The notes beneath the pieces are model-generated. The model made no database searches and had not been told where the DNA came from. It saw only the letters and a program-made list of their open reading frames with translations. From the human T2T-CHM13v2.0 reference genome, Homo sapiens, in the NCBI RefSeq assembly GCF_009914755.1, contig NC_060934.1: DNA of 64,000 nucleotides; one strand, given 5' to 3'. Positions 14,867 to 27,919 of this stretch are shown one piece after another. The position numbers and the translations under genes were made by a program. Positions within the stretch are counted from its first letter, which is position 1. Each line of letters opens with the position of its first letter.

Positions 14867-15083
14867 CAGGAGGGTCCAATCTTTTGGCTTCCCTGGGCCA
14901 CATTGGAAGAAGAATTGTCTTGGGCCACACCTAAAATACACTAACATTAATGATAGATGATGAGCTAAAAAAATTGCAAAAAAATCTTATAATGTTTTAA
15001 GAAAGTTGATGAATTTGTGTGGGCTGCATTGAAAGCCATCCTGGGCCACGTGCAGCCCGCAGGCCACAGGTTGGGAAAGCTTG
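14867..15083 (+). mobile_element. MER30 hAT-Charlie MITE
   Basis: caggagggtccaatcttttggcttccctgggccacattggaagaagaattgtcttgggccacac...ggttgggaaagcttg matches MER30, with degenerate terminal inverted repeats. Confidence 0.85.
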
Positions 15084-15344
15084 CCATCCTTTCAGAGCTT
15101 TGGTTGCTGTGACAATGCCCTGTTGTTTGACCACTCCTTCGTTTCAGACATCATCCCTAAAGAGATCACAAGCCTGGCCAGATTAGGAGATGCTTAAAGT
15201 GAAGCCTGGGATCTTTGGGACCTGGTCCCCATGGCTCCTGCACTCACTAAAGAAGAAATCGAGCCAGGCACCACCGCCGGGGACCTTGAAAAATGTCAAA
15301 GCACATGAAATTGTTTGTGGGTCGCTCCCATTTTCTTGTACTCT

Positions 15345-15435
15345 TTCCTTCCTTCCTTCCTTCCTTCCTTCCTTCCTTCCTTCCTTCCTTCCTTCCTTCC
15401 TTCCTTCCTCCTTCTTTCTTTCTCTTTCTTTCTTT

Positions 15436-15467
<32 letters not shown>

Positions 15468-15468
15468 T

Positions 15469-15512
<44 letters not shown>

Positions 15513-15627
15513 TTCTTTCTTTCTTTCTCTCTCTCTCTCCCTCCTTCCTTCCCTCCTTCCTTCCTTCCTTTCTTTCTTTTCTTTCTTTCTTTCTTTCTTT
15601 CTTTCTCTCTCTCTTTCTTTCTTTCTT
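15345..15627. repeat. Compound pyrimidine microsatellite (TTCC)16-(TTTC)n, an expanded Alu tail
   Basis: Pure C/T tract. (TTCC)16 at 15345-15408. It lies inside the TSD pair of the adjacent Alu. Confidence 0.95.
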
Positions 15628-15905
15628 TGAGTCTTGCTCTGTCACCCAGGCCGAAGTGCAGTGTGGTGATCTTGGCTCACTGCAACCTCCGCCTCCTGGG
15701 TTCAAGCAACTCTCCTGTCTTAGCCTCCCTAGCAGCTGGGATTACAGTCGCCTGCCATCACGCCCAGCTAATTTTTGTATTTTTAGTAGAGACAGGGTTT
15801 CACCATATTGGTTACGCTGGTCTGGAACTCTTGAACCTCAGGTGATCCCCCCGCCTCGGCCTCCCAGAGTGCTGGGATTACAGGTGTGAGTCACTGCGCC
15901 TGGCC
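15628..15905 (-). mobile_element. AluS
   Basis: Alu body in reverse. TSD cttgtac(t/c)ctt at 15335 and 15906. Confidence 0.93.
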
Positions 15906-17054
15906 CTTGTACCCTTCTTTCAAGATGACCTCAAAAGCCCTCCAGAGTCCCTGCATTGAATTCCCACTCCACTCAAGGAGGCTGCCTTGGTCCTGGGGTG
16001 CAGAAAAGACTAAGAGTTATGTGTTGAAAGCTGTGGTGTGATGTCTGGGAGAGGCAGGACTCCTCAATTCAAATGACCTACAATGGAGACACAGTGTGAG
16101 GCAGATGTTCCCCAACTATAGGACGTCCTCTACAAGTAAAGAGCAGGGGAAGAGTTTAATATTGTATTAATCCTGGATCACTGCTCTCCCCTCACTTAGA
16201 TACTGAATGGATAAACTGAGGTACCATTAAACAGACCATGAGGCAGTAGGTTTTCCATTCCAGGTGTTAACAGACAAAGTGGCACATTTAAAAAAGAAAC
16301 AAAAACCTAGTCCTCTTAATCGTATTGCTTAGAAGTGCTGTGACAGACAGAGATAAGCAGGTAGCTAGATAGATGTGTAGGTGTAAAGAAACAGAAAAAG
16401 ATAGATTGACAGAAAGCAAGATGGCCTGTAAGTTAGATTATCTGCAAGGACGAGAGATAAATCGATAAATAGAGCAGTTACCTAACCACTTGCATTTTGT
16501 TTCCTCCCACATTCTTCTTAGCTTTAGATCAGCTACCAGAATTTTATCATTATGTACAGAGCAGGAAGGTACTTAAGTGATCTCCATATTCATTCTATGA
16601 TGTTTCTTCAAGAAATTTTAATTAAGTCATTTTTGCATAAAAAATCAAGTACTATGAAGTTCCATGTATTAAGTGCACATTCAATATTAAGATGCATAAG
16701 TTATAAACATCCAAAAGACACTCCCCCAACTCCCAAAGAAACTCACAGCTTATGGACCTGCAGATGGTTCTGATGTGGGCAGTGGGAGCTGTAGCCTGGA
16801 AAATGAAGCTGTGACACCGTATGAAGTTCTGTGTCTTGGATTCTGTTTGTGGCTACCAGTGTAGCAGCTGACCACCCCTGCTGGCTGGTTATCAGGTATT
16901 TTAAAAGATACCATACATATTTGCAAAGAAGTCTCATTAAAAGCGATGATGGAAATACAGTGTGGAATACAGTGCCTGGCTTTGCAGCAAGACCTCCTGG
17001 TGTCAGCTCTTAGGGTAGTGGTAAAACACCCTCAGCTCTACAAGAGGACACAGT

Positions 17055-17200
17055 TCGTTCATTCATTCATTCATTCTTTCATTCATTTAAATATTTCTTG
17101 ATGTCTACTCAGTGCCAGGATCTGAGCCAGGAAATATAGCGATGAACAAGTCCAACACATCTCTTTCTTCATGATGTTTACATTGTAAGCAGGGAGAATC
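17055..17200. mobile_element. L2 3' end with (TTCA)n tail
   Basis: ttcattcattcattc...aaatatttcttgatgtctactcagtgccagg...atatagcgatgaacaag. Confidence 0.65.
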
Positions 17201-19418
17201 TTCAAGTACTCCTATTGATTTGAAATAGACACTAGAGGAGAAAATCATGAAGGAAATAGGCTCAGAACTCATTGAGTTCAACAGAAGCAGTGAATTCATC
17301 AAACTCCAGACAATACTGTCCCATCTGAATTTCTTAAGACTCACGATCAGTGTTTGCCTCTCTTCATTGGTGATAGCCCTATTCTGTGGGGTAAAGTTTC
17401 TGAACAGAGCCCTAGAGAAGAATTCTGCTCTACCCATCATTTTCTCCTTTTCATACATACAGGTTTATTACCCATGCCACCATTTAGCTGCAGAAGAGTT
17501 AGAATCCTCCAACGTGGTTGGTGATTTGCCTGTGTAACCCCTTTCCATGAAACCACGTTCTCCTGGCCAGGCAGCCGAGGGTGGTTTTAATGCCAGGAGT
17601 CTCCACAAAGGACATGAACAGCCCCACAGAGGTTGTCCACCTCACACCCACCACATGCCCTGGTAAAAGTGCCATCTCTCTTCTCCTTATCTTTTGTCTA
17701 TTAAGTAGATAAGGGGAGTTGACTCCTATGCTACGCTAAGGGACACGACAAAGACAAGTGCCTCCCCTAGCCTGTGGCCATCACTTGATGTCCCATCACT
17801 CTTCCTCGTCTTTAGTGGAAGTTATTGGGTTGAACAACAGACATGACATCATTCAAGTGCCCTCAGCCTGGGTTGGGAGAAACAAGCCTATGTATTAACA
17901 CAATATGTCATGTAATCAACCCTTCTTCTCTCCCCTTTTTCTTTGTTGAAGGATGGCACAGATCTACACAGTTGTCTTCAGGTTAGTGTGAGCTCTGAGC
18001 CCTCGAGAGTTTTCCTCAGAAGGAAGCTGTTCTGGAGAGCGTCTGTCATTTCCTCTCAGCAACTTTTGAAATTGAGCATTGAGGGAGTGTAGGAAAATTC
18101 CTAGGTTCTAGTGAATAGGCTCACTCAAGAGGCTGAAGAGAAAATATGCAAACTAATTATTGTAAAAACCTTTCATTTCCATAGTTTTCTAAAACAGTGA
18201 TGTAATCATATTAAAGAACAGCCTGGGTTATACTTACAGTCTACCTATTAATAGGACAGCCTCTTACCGACACCTACATTTTTTCTGCTGCTCCCAAATG
18301 ATGACATACACTTTGCTGTTTTAATACGTAAACCAAATTCATAAGCAAGTAGATAAGCCCCAGATTCTTCTTGCAGACACTGAACATTGTGGTCCCATAA
18401 ATGCAAGTTCCATCTCTGCCATCATTATCACAATAATTATTATTTAACAATTACCATTTTTGCATTTCCCTCTCTTGTACTGGGCTATCATTTCCAGGGA
18501 CTGTTTCTCTTGATCATTCCTGTATCCCTAGCATTTAGTACAGATTCTGGCACAAAATTGTCACTCAATGAACATTTCTTGCGTAGATGAATGGGTTTGA
18601 ATTCGGAGCTGTTGATTTGCTTAGAGAAGTACCTTTTGTGAAAATGTCCACATGTTGTAGGTAGAAACAGGAGGTGAAACACGTGGAAATGATCACAGAG
18701 GAGCTAAGTATGATGCAGAGACACAGCCCTGTTCACGACAGTGCCACACAGAGGTGGCCGGCTGGGCACTGGAGGGGGTCAGGGGCTGCCTGATTGTCAG
18801 AACTGTCAGTGGCCTGATGACCACACACATTGCTGCTGGGCAAATTCTTACCTGAGAATTTCTTCCATTTCCTGGAAACACAATTCAAAATCTATATAAA
18901 TGCCTTGTTTTTCTGGCGTTGTCTAAGAACAAAGTGTTCCTTGGTTTGAAATTTTCCAGATGACTATTTGGAATTTTACTCATTTTGGTGAATTATGTTA
19001 TATTTTCTTGAAAGTTAGGCTGAAGTTCACTTAACTCTTTCTAAAGACTCAGAGTCACCCTGTTGGCTAGCTCTTGAGAGCATCTACAGAATGGTTTTAT
19101 GTATGCACATACTTTTTATGGCTTGAAGAATACTTATGCCCAGACCAGTTGTTTGTAAGTCCCCCTCTACCCTTGTGGTGTGACAATAGGAATGGGCAGT
19201 GGGAAGCAGCAAGCAGCAATGGGGTAGCGGTGTGCAGAGCCCGTGGCTATCTGTTTTGTAGACTGGTACTTCTTGGATGTTGTGTGAGCAAAGAATCCTG
19301 GTTTCATATATACTACCATGCATTACTTTAATTAATCTTCAAAGTGTTTTGCTCAGGCAAGTGGGGACTTATTTCTCTCTCCACTTTACAGGAACACAAA
19401 TTGATTCAGTAAAGTTTA

Positions 19419-19744
<326 letters not shown>

Positions 19745-19971
19745 TAGATTTACTTTGTGAGAAAACACATAGCTAAAGCAAACATTCGTGCAGGGCCTAC
19801 TTCGTGCCAGGTGTGGTTTTAGGACCTTTATACTATGATTTTATTTCAACATTTTTAGCATCAGCAATCTCATTCTACTAGGTCATGGCAAAACTGGACT
19901 AAGAGCTGTGGCATTTTTCTCTGAATCCCATGTTCTTTTCAGAGGGATTACATTACTTCTACAAAATAACA

Positions 19972-20410
19972 CTGTCTTAGTCAATTTAGTGTTGCTATAA
20001 CAGAGTATCTGAGACTGGGTCGTTTAGAAAGAAATGAGGTCTATTGAGCTCATGGTTCTGCAGGTGGGAAATTTCAAGGGCATGGCGCTGGCTTCTGGCC
20101 AGGGCTTTCCTGCTGTGTCATAACATAACAGAAGGTCAAAACTGGGGTAGGCATGTGTGAAAAGGAAGGGACCAAGGAGGGTGACATGTTTTATACCAAC
20201 CTACTCTTGAGGGAACTAATCCATCTCTGCAAGAACTAATCCAGTCTTGCAAGAGTAAGAACTCACTCACTATCCTGAGAACGGCACCAATTTATCGTGA
20301 GGAATCCACCCCTATGACCCAAACACCTCCCACTGGGCCCCACTTCCCAACACTGTCTCTTGCAATGAAACTTCCACATGGGTTTTGGTGAGGACAAGGC
20401 ACATCTAAGT
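19972..20410 (-). mobile_element. MST-type (MaLR) LTR
   Basis: tgtcttagtcaatttagtgttgctataacagagtatctgagactggg...ctcatggttctgcagg and acccaaacacctcccactgggccccacttcccaacac. Confidence 0.75.
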
Positions 20411-20934
20411 TGTAGAAAATACCCATAAAAAGCTTGAGAAAGCACATGGATGGATATACATGACTTTGTTTCACCATCTTTGCCCTTTTCTATTGATACA
20501 ACGATGCTCTTGAGTCTAGAAAAAAGTGCTTCAGGCTGAACGGGTTTCAGATGGCTGTCCACTGGATTTCTGGTTTTACCTTTTATCTCTAATGGGCTCA
20601 CCCCGCACCTACCTTAAGGCCAGGTTCATCACTGCAAAACACAAATCCAATTCCAAAACACTGGGAAGCAATCAGATTGGATTGTTCTTTTCTTAGGAAA
20701 AGAAAGCAAAAACTTACCCCCCCATAAGGCACCACTGCCTAAAACCATCTGTAAGCATTTCTGTCATTTCCTTGGAGGCTTGAGACTCACCTGTGAGAGG
20801 GAAAGCATCAACCTCTCCCACATACCCTTAGTTGCCCTAAACGATTCACCCCTGTGTTCCACCTTTAGTAAAAGAAAAGCACGGTGATTACCAGAATTCA
20901 GTGCAGAGCCATCCCTTAACAAGCAATGGTTAAG

Positions 20935-21360
20935 AAACAAGGGAGGGAAGGAAGAAAGGAAGAAAGGAAGGAAGGAAGGAAGGAAGGTAGGTGGGGGGGG
21001 GGAGGGAGAGAGAGAAGGAAGAAAGGAAGGAGGGAAGGGAGGGAGGGAAGGAAGGAAAGAAGGAAATGGAAGGAAGGAAGGAGAGAGGGAGGAAGGAAGG
21101 AAGAAAGGAAGGAAGGAAGGAGGGAGGGAGTGATGAAGGAAGGAAGGAAGAAAGAAAGAGGGTGGGAGGGAGGGAGAGAATGAAGAAGGAAGGAAGGAAG
21201 GCAGGGAAGGAGGGAGGGAAAGAAGGAAATGGAAGGAAGAAGAGAGGGAGGAAGGAAGAAAAAAATGGAAGAAAGGAAGGAGAGAGGGAGGGAGGAAGGA
21301 AGGAAGGAAGAGAGGGAGGGAAGGAGGGAGGGAGGGAGGGAGGGAGGGAGGGAGGGAGGG
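20935..21360. repeat. Polypurine (GGAA/GGGA)n compound repeat
   Basis: About 425 bp of almost pure A/G, ending in a (GGGA)n run. Confidence 0.95.
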
Positions 21361-21727
21361 ATCAGAAATCATAGCCAGTGAAACCCAGAAAACCGTTAGG
21401 CAGGAATTAGGACAATACCTTACTCAGGTTTGCATTCCCAGCATTTAGCACCATATGCATCATGCATCAAAAATGTTGTTGGGTGAATGCTGAGCAACAG
21501 CCACACACTGAATAAACCAGGCAGGTTGACGTCACAGGGGAGGGCACAGTGTTCCTGGACTCTGAGTGGGTGGCTATTTTTCATGCCAAGTCATGACAGT
21601 AGCATTCAGTGTGGTGGGTAAACACAGTCTTATGAATCTCACTTTTAAAAAACTGGAAGTGCTATAGATAAAAGCTTTCATAATTTTGAGATAATAATGG
21701 TAAAAATTATCATTTTTGCTTACTATT

Positions 21728-22277
21728 TGTGATGGTTAATATTGAGTGTCAACTTGATTGGATTGAAGGATGCAATGTATTGCCCCGGGGTGTCTGTGAG
21801 GGTGTTGCCAAAGGAGATTAACACTTGAGTCACTGGACTGGGAGAGGCAGACCCACCCTCAATCTGGGTGGGCACCCAGCTTCCAGCTCAGCTGCCAGTG
21901 TGGCTAAAATAAAGCAGGCAGAGGAACGTGGAAGGACTAGACTGCCTGAGTCTTCTGACCTTCATCTTTCCCCTGTGTTGGATGCCTCCTGCCCTCAAAC
22001 ATCAGACTCCAGGTTCTTCAGCTTTTGGACTCTTGGACCTACCCCCCGAGTGGTTTGCCAGGGGCTCTCAGGCCTTCGGCTACAGACTGAGGGCTGCATT
22101 ATCAGCTTTCCTACTTTTGAGGTTTTGGGACTTTACTGGCTTTCTTGCTCCTCAACTTGCAGATGGCCTGTTGTGGGACCTCACCTTGTGATCATGTGAG
22201 TCAATACTCCTTAATAAACTCCCTTTCATATATGCATCTATCCTATTAGTCCTGTCCTTCTAGAGAATGCTAATACA
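21728..22277 (+). mobile_element. MLT2A (HERV-L) solo LTR
   Basis: Start tgtgatggttaatattgagtgtcaacttgattggattgaaggatgc and end tagagaatgctaataca. AATAAA at ~22214. Imperfect 5-bp TSD ctatt/atatt. Confidence 0.88.
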
Positions 22278-23262
22278 ATATTTTTAATTTTTATATCCCA
22301 CAATAAAACTCAGAAGTAGTTAAGTCAGGCTTAAATGCAAGAGAACGGTTTATATTAATTATTGGCCATAACCAACAAAAAATTTCAGAAAAGTCAGTAT
22401 CATCATGCTGCCTTTATCCAGCACTGACTTTGTTAAGCCTTCCAGAATCTGTCATGTATGAGATTCAACCTGAAATACATACACGCAACAGGTGCATCTT
22501 AGGGCTTTGAGGCCAACTGCAACTCATAGTTGCCAAGAACCACCAGCCCTGAGAAACACCTGAAGAAGAAGATTGGTTTAGTGTTTGGGTCCTTCTATGA
22601 CCTTGAAGAAAGCACTGGGGAAGACATGATTGTGCCTTCACTGAGTAGCCCCACCAGCCATCACCACTTCATTTCTTACCCACCTTTGTAGTATACTCAT
22701 TCCTAATTAAGAAGGCTGAGGCAGAGCCAAGGGTTAAGTTAACGCAAGGCTGGTACCTTTCCTAGGCTTGCCAGTCATTTGCACACAGAGAAGACCATAG
22801 GAAACTGAAAGAAGAACAGAGAGAGAGAATCTAGGTTTCCTGACAATGTAAATTACATCTTAGTATGAGAAGTTAAACAATATCCATTGTTTTGAACTAT
22901 TTTTTCCCTTAAATCCACAGTGGTAAGTCCTTTCTCTTTCAAGGACTGTTGATCATCACAGGAAACCGGGACCATCCGGTCAAGTCAGGGCATCTCTGCT
23001 AATCTTTAAGTTTATAAACTGGTACAAGAAATAAATAAAGAACCTGAGTTGGAATTGCCGGTTGGTTTAGGCTTATCTTATTTGGAGAAAGTAATAAATT
23101 GATTATGCTTTAAGTGAACAGTGGGAAGCGATTGATGATTCAATAACTTTAAATTAAAAGAAGATTTACTGGAAAATTGGCAGTGCTGCAGCAGATTTGA
23201 GTCGTCTGTTAAGTAACAGTTAGTGCCACATGCCATGACAAATCCAGAAGCCAGTTTGTGGG

Positions 23263-23296
<34 letters not shown>
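23263..23296 (+). repeat. Pure A34 homopolymer, not attached to a retroelement
   Basis: 34 uninterrupted A. No Alu/L1 body upstream and no TSD seen. Confidence 0.95.
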
Positions 23297-23299
<3 letters not shown>

Positions 23300-24764
23300 A
23301 TCCTCTTCCCTGGATATATTTTACTTTTGAGCCCATGAAGAAGATTTGAAGCCAATGAAGAAGATTCGAAGGCACCTTTCAGAAAGGGAAGTGAGTGGGG
23401 GCAAAAGAAACCGCCACCATCTGCTGCCTCCCAGATACGATGATAAAAAATATGGCATATTGTTTAGAAGTAAGGACATTGCCCTTTTTCTTTTCTTTTC
23501 TTTAATTTTGATGTGCATCATTATGATTTCAAATAATGAAATATAAGTGGACTTTTAAGTTCTGTTTCTGGTCTGTTGAGGTTGACACGGCTCACTGAAA
23601 GTTCATATCTCTGGCAGGTACATGAGGGAAATACACACCCCTCCCAGGGATGATGGAAGGTTAAGGTCCTAACACCTCCTGCACATCTGAGCAGCTGCAC
23701 ATTGAACCAGATAGTCCTGGAATGTGGGAAAACAGAGGCAGACTCAAGAGTCTGGAACATTATTTTAGGATCACACAAAAAAGATACATAATTTTCATAG
23801 GTAAGTGTTGTTTTTTTGTTGTTGTTGGAAAAAAGTTTCTCACTAATAACTATCTAAAAGGGAAGTAATTAGGGTTTCAGGCGTTCTAAAAATAACTGTA
23901 AAGAGGGTTTTGTTTTGGTTTTGGTTCGTTCTGGTGTGCCTTACAGCTTTCCCTAAGGCAACACACTTACTGACCTATTGCTAGGGCAAATAGGTGGAAA
24001 AAAACAAGCTTTCCTCTCTCTGGAGAAAGGAAGGGTCAGGTGTAACACTGAAGTGACTCAAAAGTAGGGGAGCTTGTATCAGCTCTGGTCTGCACAATGA
24101 TTCCCCTGCTCTTTACATAGAAAAAGAAGAAAGGAGGAGAAATCTCACAGCAATGTCCTTGATTTAACCGTACAAAAGGGCAGAAATGATTGATCGTTAT
24201 TTTGCCGTTTGGGCTATTGTTCATTTAAATTTCATGTGCCAATTCTGACTGATTAGCAGTGGCTGCTTGGAGCATTGTGTGAGGAAGAACTCTCAGGCAC
24301 ATGGTGAGCACTCAGTTAGCACTTGCTGTATGTTGAATGAATGCCTGTCTTGGACACAGGGAAAGGAGTGGTACAACATGTGTTGCAGAGTTGCCTGGAG
24401 TTGACACCAAGAAAGATATTCTAAAGAGGAGAAGGTTAGGGATGAGAGACAAAGATGCATGCTAAGGTTGATGAGCTGTTCTCCTAACATAAAGCCTGAT
24501 CTGGCCTTCGATTTCAGTACACATGAGTAAACTGTTAAAGGATGCTACATTAATTGGCCGTGTATATCTGAACTCTTGAAACAATGCATGCTCTTTGACC
24601 CTACCTCCGCCCCACAAGTCTAGTTCTAGCAATTTAACCTAAGGAAATAATGAGGATGTGAACAAAGCCTTAGCTACGGTGGTGTTTGACAGAAGCATTT
24701 CTTATTTATAAAAAAGAGAAACCCGTGCAAAGTAACTCAGGTTCAAAAAGAGGTTAACATAAGG

Positions 24765-24987
24765 CAGTATTTCTCAAATTTGGCCTGTTGACATTTGGGA
24801 ACAGATAATTCTTTGTTGTAGGGGCTGTCCTGCACATTGTAGGATACTTAGCAACGTCCCTGGATTTTATCCACTAGATGCCAGTAGCAGCCCCTCACTA
24901 GCTGTGACAACCCTATACCTTCAGATATTGCCAAATGTCTCCTGGGAGGAGTGGGAAACCCAAACCACTCCCAAGTAAGGATCACTG
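24765..24987 (-). mobile_element. MER20 hAT MITE
   Basis: cagtatttctcaaa...gataattctttgttgtaggggctgtcctgcacattgtaggat...ccactagatgccagtagca...ggatcactg. Degenerate 8-bp TSD acataagg/gtataagg. Confidence 0.8.
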
Positions 24988-25469
24988 GTATAAGGGTATA
25001 GAGCTCTGGCAATTCAAAAAAAGCTGAAAAACCAGGATTCAAAATCTGAAGAGCTGCAGCATCTTGAGTGCAATCATCTCTCTTACTCCCATTTCCCCTT
25101 CTGCTGACCTTGTTTGATTTATAGGACATAGATCTGCTCCATTCTAACTCTGAGTCTCTGCTCTTCATAATTGCAATGTGTACTTAGGGTAATAATGACA
25201 CCGCACACATAACTTTATATGACCTTTCAGCTCAATTATCCGCCACCGACTGCTAACTTCTTTCTGCTTCTTAGTTTAAATTAAGAAAAGAGGTAGCTGA
25301 TTGGTTCTACTCATTGTGAAAAGTCAGGTGAGAGGCCTTAGGTAACTGGCTGCCCAAGGATGATCTCTAACCTGCTCTGGGGCAGGTGTCCACCTCCTGC
25401 TAGGTCAGCTGTGAGTGGACAAATTGAAAGATTCCCTCAAAATGTCACTGATAATGTCGTTCATTGCAA

Positions 25470-26260
25470 TATGTTTTTCCTGCTTCTTCACCTGCCTGGC
25501 AATTTTCGATTAGATGAGAGACATTGCAACTTTGCCTGGTTTAGAACACTGGATATTTTTATATTCCTCTGAATATTCTTGAGCTTTCTTCTGGGACGCA
25601 GCTAAGTTACTTGGAAACAGTTTGATCTTTTAGGCTAGATTAACACCCCTCTAGTTCCACCTGATAAGCCTAGTCTAGGGCTAATTGTTCCCTACTACCA
25701 GGGCAAGATCCTCCTAAACACTCTACCCAGTGTCCTGTGAATTAGGAAATTTTCCAACCTGGCTGGAGGAAATGGATACTATTCCCAGGCTCATGTGAGC
25801 TCCAGCTACAGTTCCACTAATCTTTTCATGTGGTTCTTTCTTCCAGAGAAAGAAAGACTCAGGTAGTTTCCTCACATGCATGCTCTGATCAGTGCTCTGC
25901 CAAACACTTGAGGAGGATGGCCTGCAGACATCCATAATCTTCTTTTATGCAGCTCTCTCCTTCCCAGTGCTCTCTGCTGTGAACTCTCACCACTCTGATC
26001 TCCCCAGACATCATCCTTAACAAGTCAGGGAGTCTGCCAGTTTCTGTCAGAGTTTTCCCTTCTTCATTGTGGTCTTGAATCCCTTTAAGACTACAAGCTG
26101 GGGCTTAGCTTTGTTTGTTCTCATCTCTTTCCTTTGATGACTGATGTCCGATGTCCAATATCCAATGTCTCAAAAACCATTGATTCATATTTTGTCTCAT
26201 TTTTTAGTTGGGGGGGTGGTAAACCTGGCTTCTGTTATTTCATCTCATCTAGAAGCAAAA
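25470..26260 (-). mobile_element. Old L1M fragment (5' region)
   Basis: gaatattcttgagctttcttctgggacgcagctaagttacttggaaacagtttgatc is typical of L1MC/MD 5' regions. Diverged. Confidence 0.5.
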
Positions 26261-26839
26261 TTTCACAATAGGTTTTTTATAATTAAAAACTGAAAGCAAC
26301 CTAATAATTCTACCAAGAGAATTGTGTGTATATACAGCATTGTTAGAATGAAAATTCCATTCACATTATTGACAATCCTGTAGGTGAATGTTTATTGATA
26401 TGTAAATATGTTTATAACCTATCATAAGTGAAAAAAATAAGTGTATGATCAGTTTATTTTGTGTATATATCCATAAATATATACATATACATATACATAA
26501 ATATCATATTATAAATACCTACACATATACAAACATATACCCATATATATTAGTATTTATCTTTCTATATCTGTTTCTATAAATAATATATACATAAAAG
26601 TATACACATATCTATTATGTGCCATAATTCCTACAGAAATCCTCTTGAGTTGGTAAGTATTTTTCTTTCTGCTAATCTTTATTTTGTAATTTTCTACAAT
26701 AAATAGGTAATATTTCATGATAATAAAATATATAAACATTATTTTGAATTTACTGTTAGTTGATATTCAGTAAAACTACATTACCATATATAATAAAAAT
26801 CAAGAATAAAATTCTAATTTTAGTTTTATGCTTACTTAA

Positions 26840-27123
26840 ATTTTTTATTTTTTTGAGATGGTGTCTTGCTCTGTTGCCCAGGCTGGAGTGCAGTGGCCCC
26901 ATCTCGGCTCACTGCAACCTCTGCCTCCCGGGTTTATGCCTCAGCCTACCGAGTAGCTGGGATTACAGGCATGCACCACCATGCCCAGCTAATTTTTGTC
27001 TTTTTGTAGAGATGGGGTTTTACCAGGTTGGCCAGGTTAGTCTCGAACTCCTGGCCTCAAGTGATCCGCCCGCCTTGGCATCCTACAATGCTGGGATTAC
27101 AGGCATGAGCCGCGTGCCCAGCC
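26840..27123 (-). mobile_element. AluS with small internal deletion
   Basis: Reverse Alu. ggtttatgcctcagcc lacks the usual caagcgattctcc. TSD core ttacttaa. Confidence 0.9.
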
Positions 27124-27608
27124 TTACTTAACATTTGAATACATTTATAAAAACCCTTTCTGATTTGAAACACTTAAATTAAGCACTCTAATAAAGCTTT
27201 GATAAACTATTACTGTGTTTCTAACATTGTGAAAATAATGTTTCTTTTCTATAGGGCTATTCATTACCATTAACTAAAGACTCATTAAATATTTGCTTTT
27301 AAAGTACTTTTAGGTTTTCTTCTGCACGCTTTCATTAAAATAAAATACGTGAATGAAGAACAAATGTAAAAGAAACTATGATCTTAATATATAAGCTCAG
27401 GCCATCTAAGGCAGCAATTACGAAAGGGAAGACTGATAGAAAAAGTAGGATGGAAGAGTGGGAGCATGGCCATTCTGTGGGCTTTAGAGAAGAACACATA
27501 ACATTCTCTAGGGATTCGCCCCTCCGGTTCTCACTACTCAGCAGCCAGAGCTGATATTCTATCATCAAATAACTAAACAACTCACTCATTTATTTCTATG
27601 ATACTTTT

Positions 27609-27829
27609 TTTTTATTATACTTTAAGTTTTAGGGTACATGTGCACAATGTGCAGGTTAGTTACATATGTATACATGTGCCATGCTGGTGTGCTGCACCCA
27701 TTAACTCCTCATTTAGCATTAGGTATATCTCCTAATGCTATCCCTCCCCCCTCCCCCCACCCCACAACAGTCCCCAGAGTGTGATATTCCCCTTCCTGTG
27801 TCCATGTGTTCTCATTGTTCAATTCCCAC
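27609..27829 (-). mobile_element. Severely 5'-truncated young L1 (L1PA2/3) 3' end
   Basis: tttttattatactttaagttttagggtacatgtgcacaatgtgcaggttagttac...gttcaattcccac. Nearly identical to 46345-46560. Confidence 0.93.
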
Positions 27830-27919
27830 TTTTAATCCTAGCAATTCTGTTTTTTCATCACTCCTCTTAGAACTGAAGAGAGATGTGTGCAGGTGTGTAC
27901 ATGCATGTTTGTGTGTACA

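Noticed and set aside
15190-15889. 146-198 aa F/L/S- and K/E/R-rich ORFs
   Set aside because: These come from the microsatellite plus antisense Alu.
20764-21374. 202-aa P/S/F-rich ORF
   Set aside because: Translation of the polypurine repeat.
23332-23390. Possible small exon ending at GAA|GTGAGT
   Set aside because: The acceptor is weak (GAG), there are no partner exons and no recognisable protein similarity.
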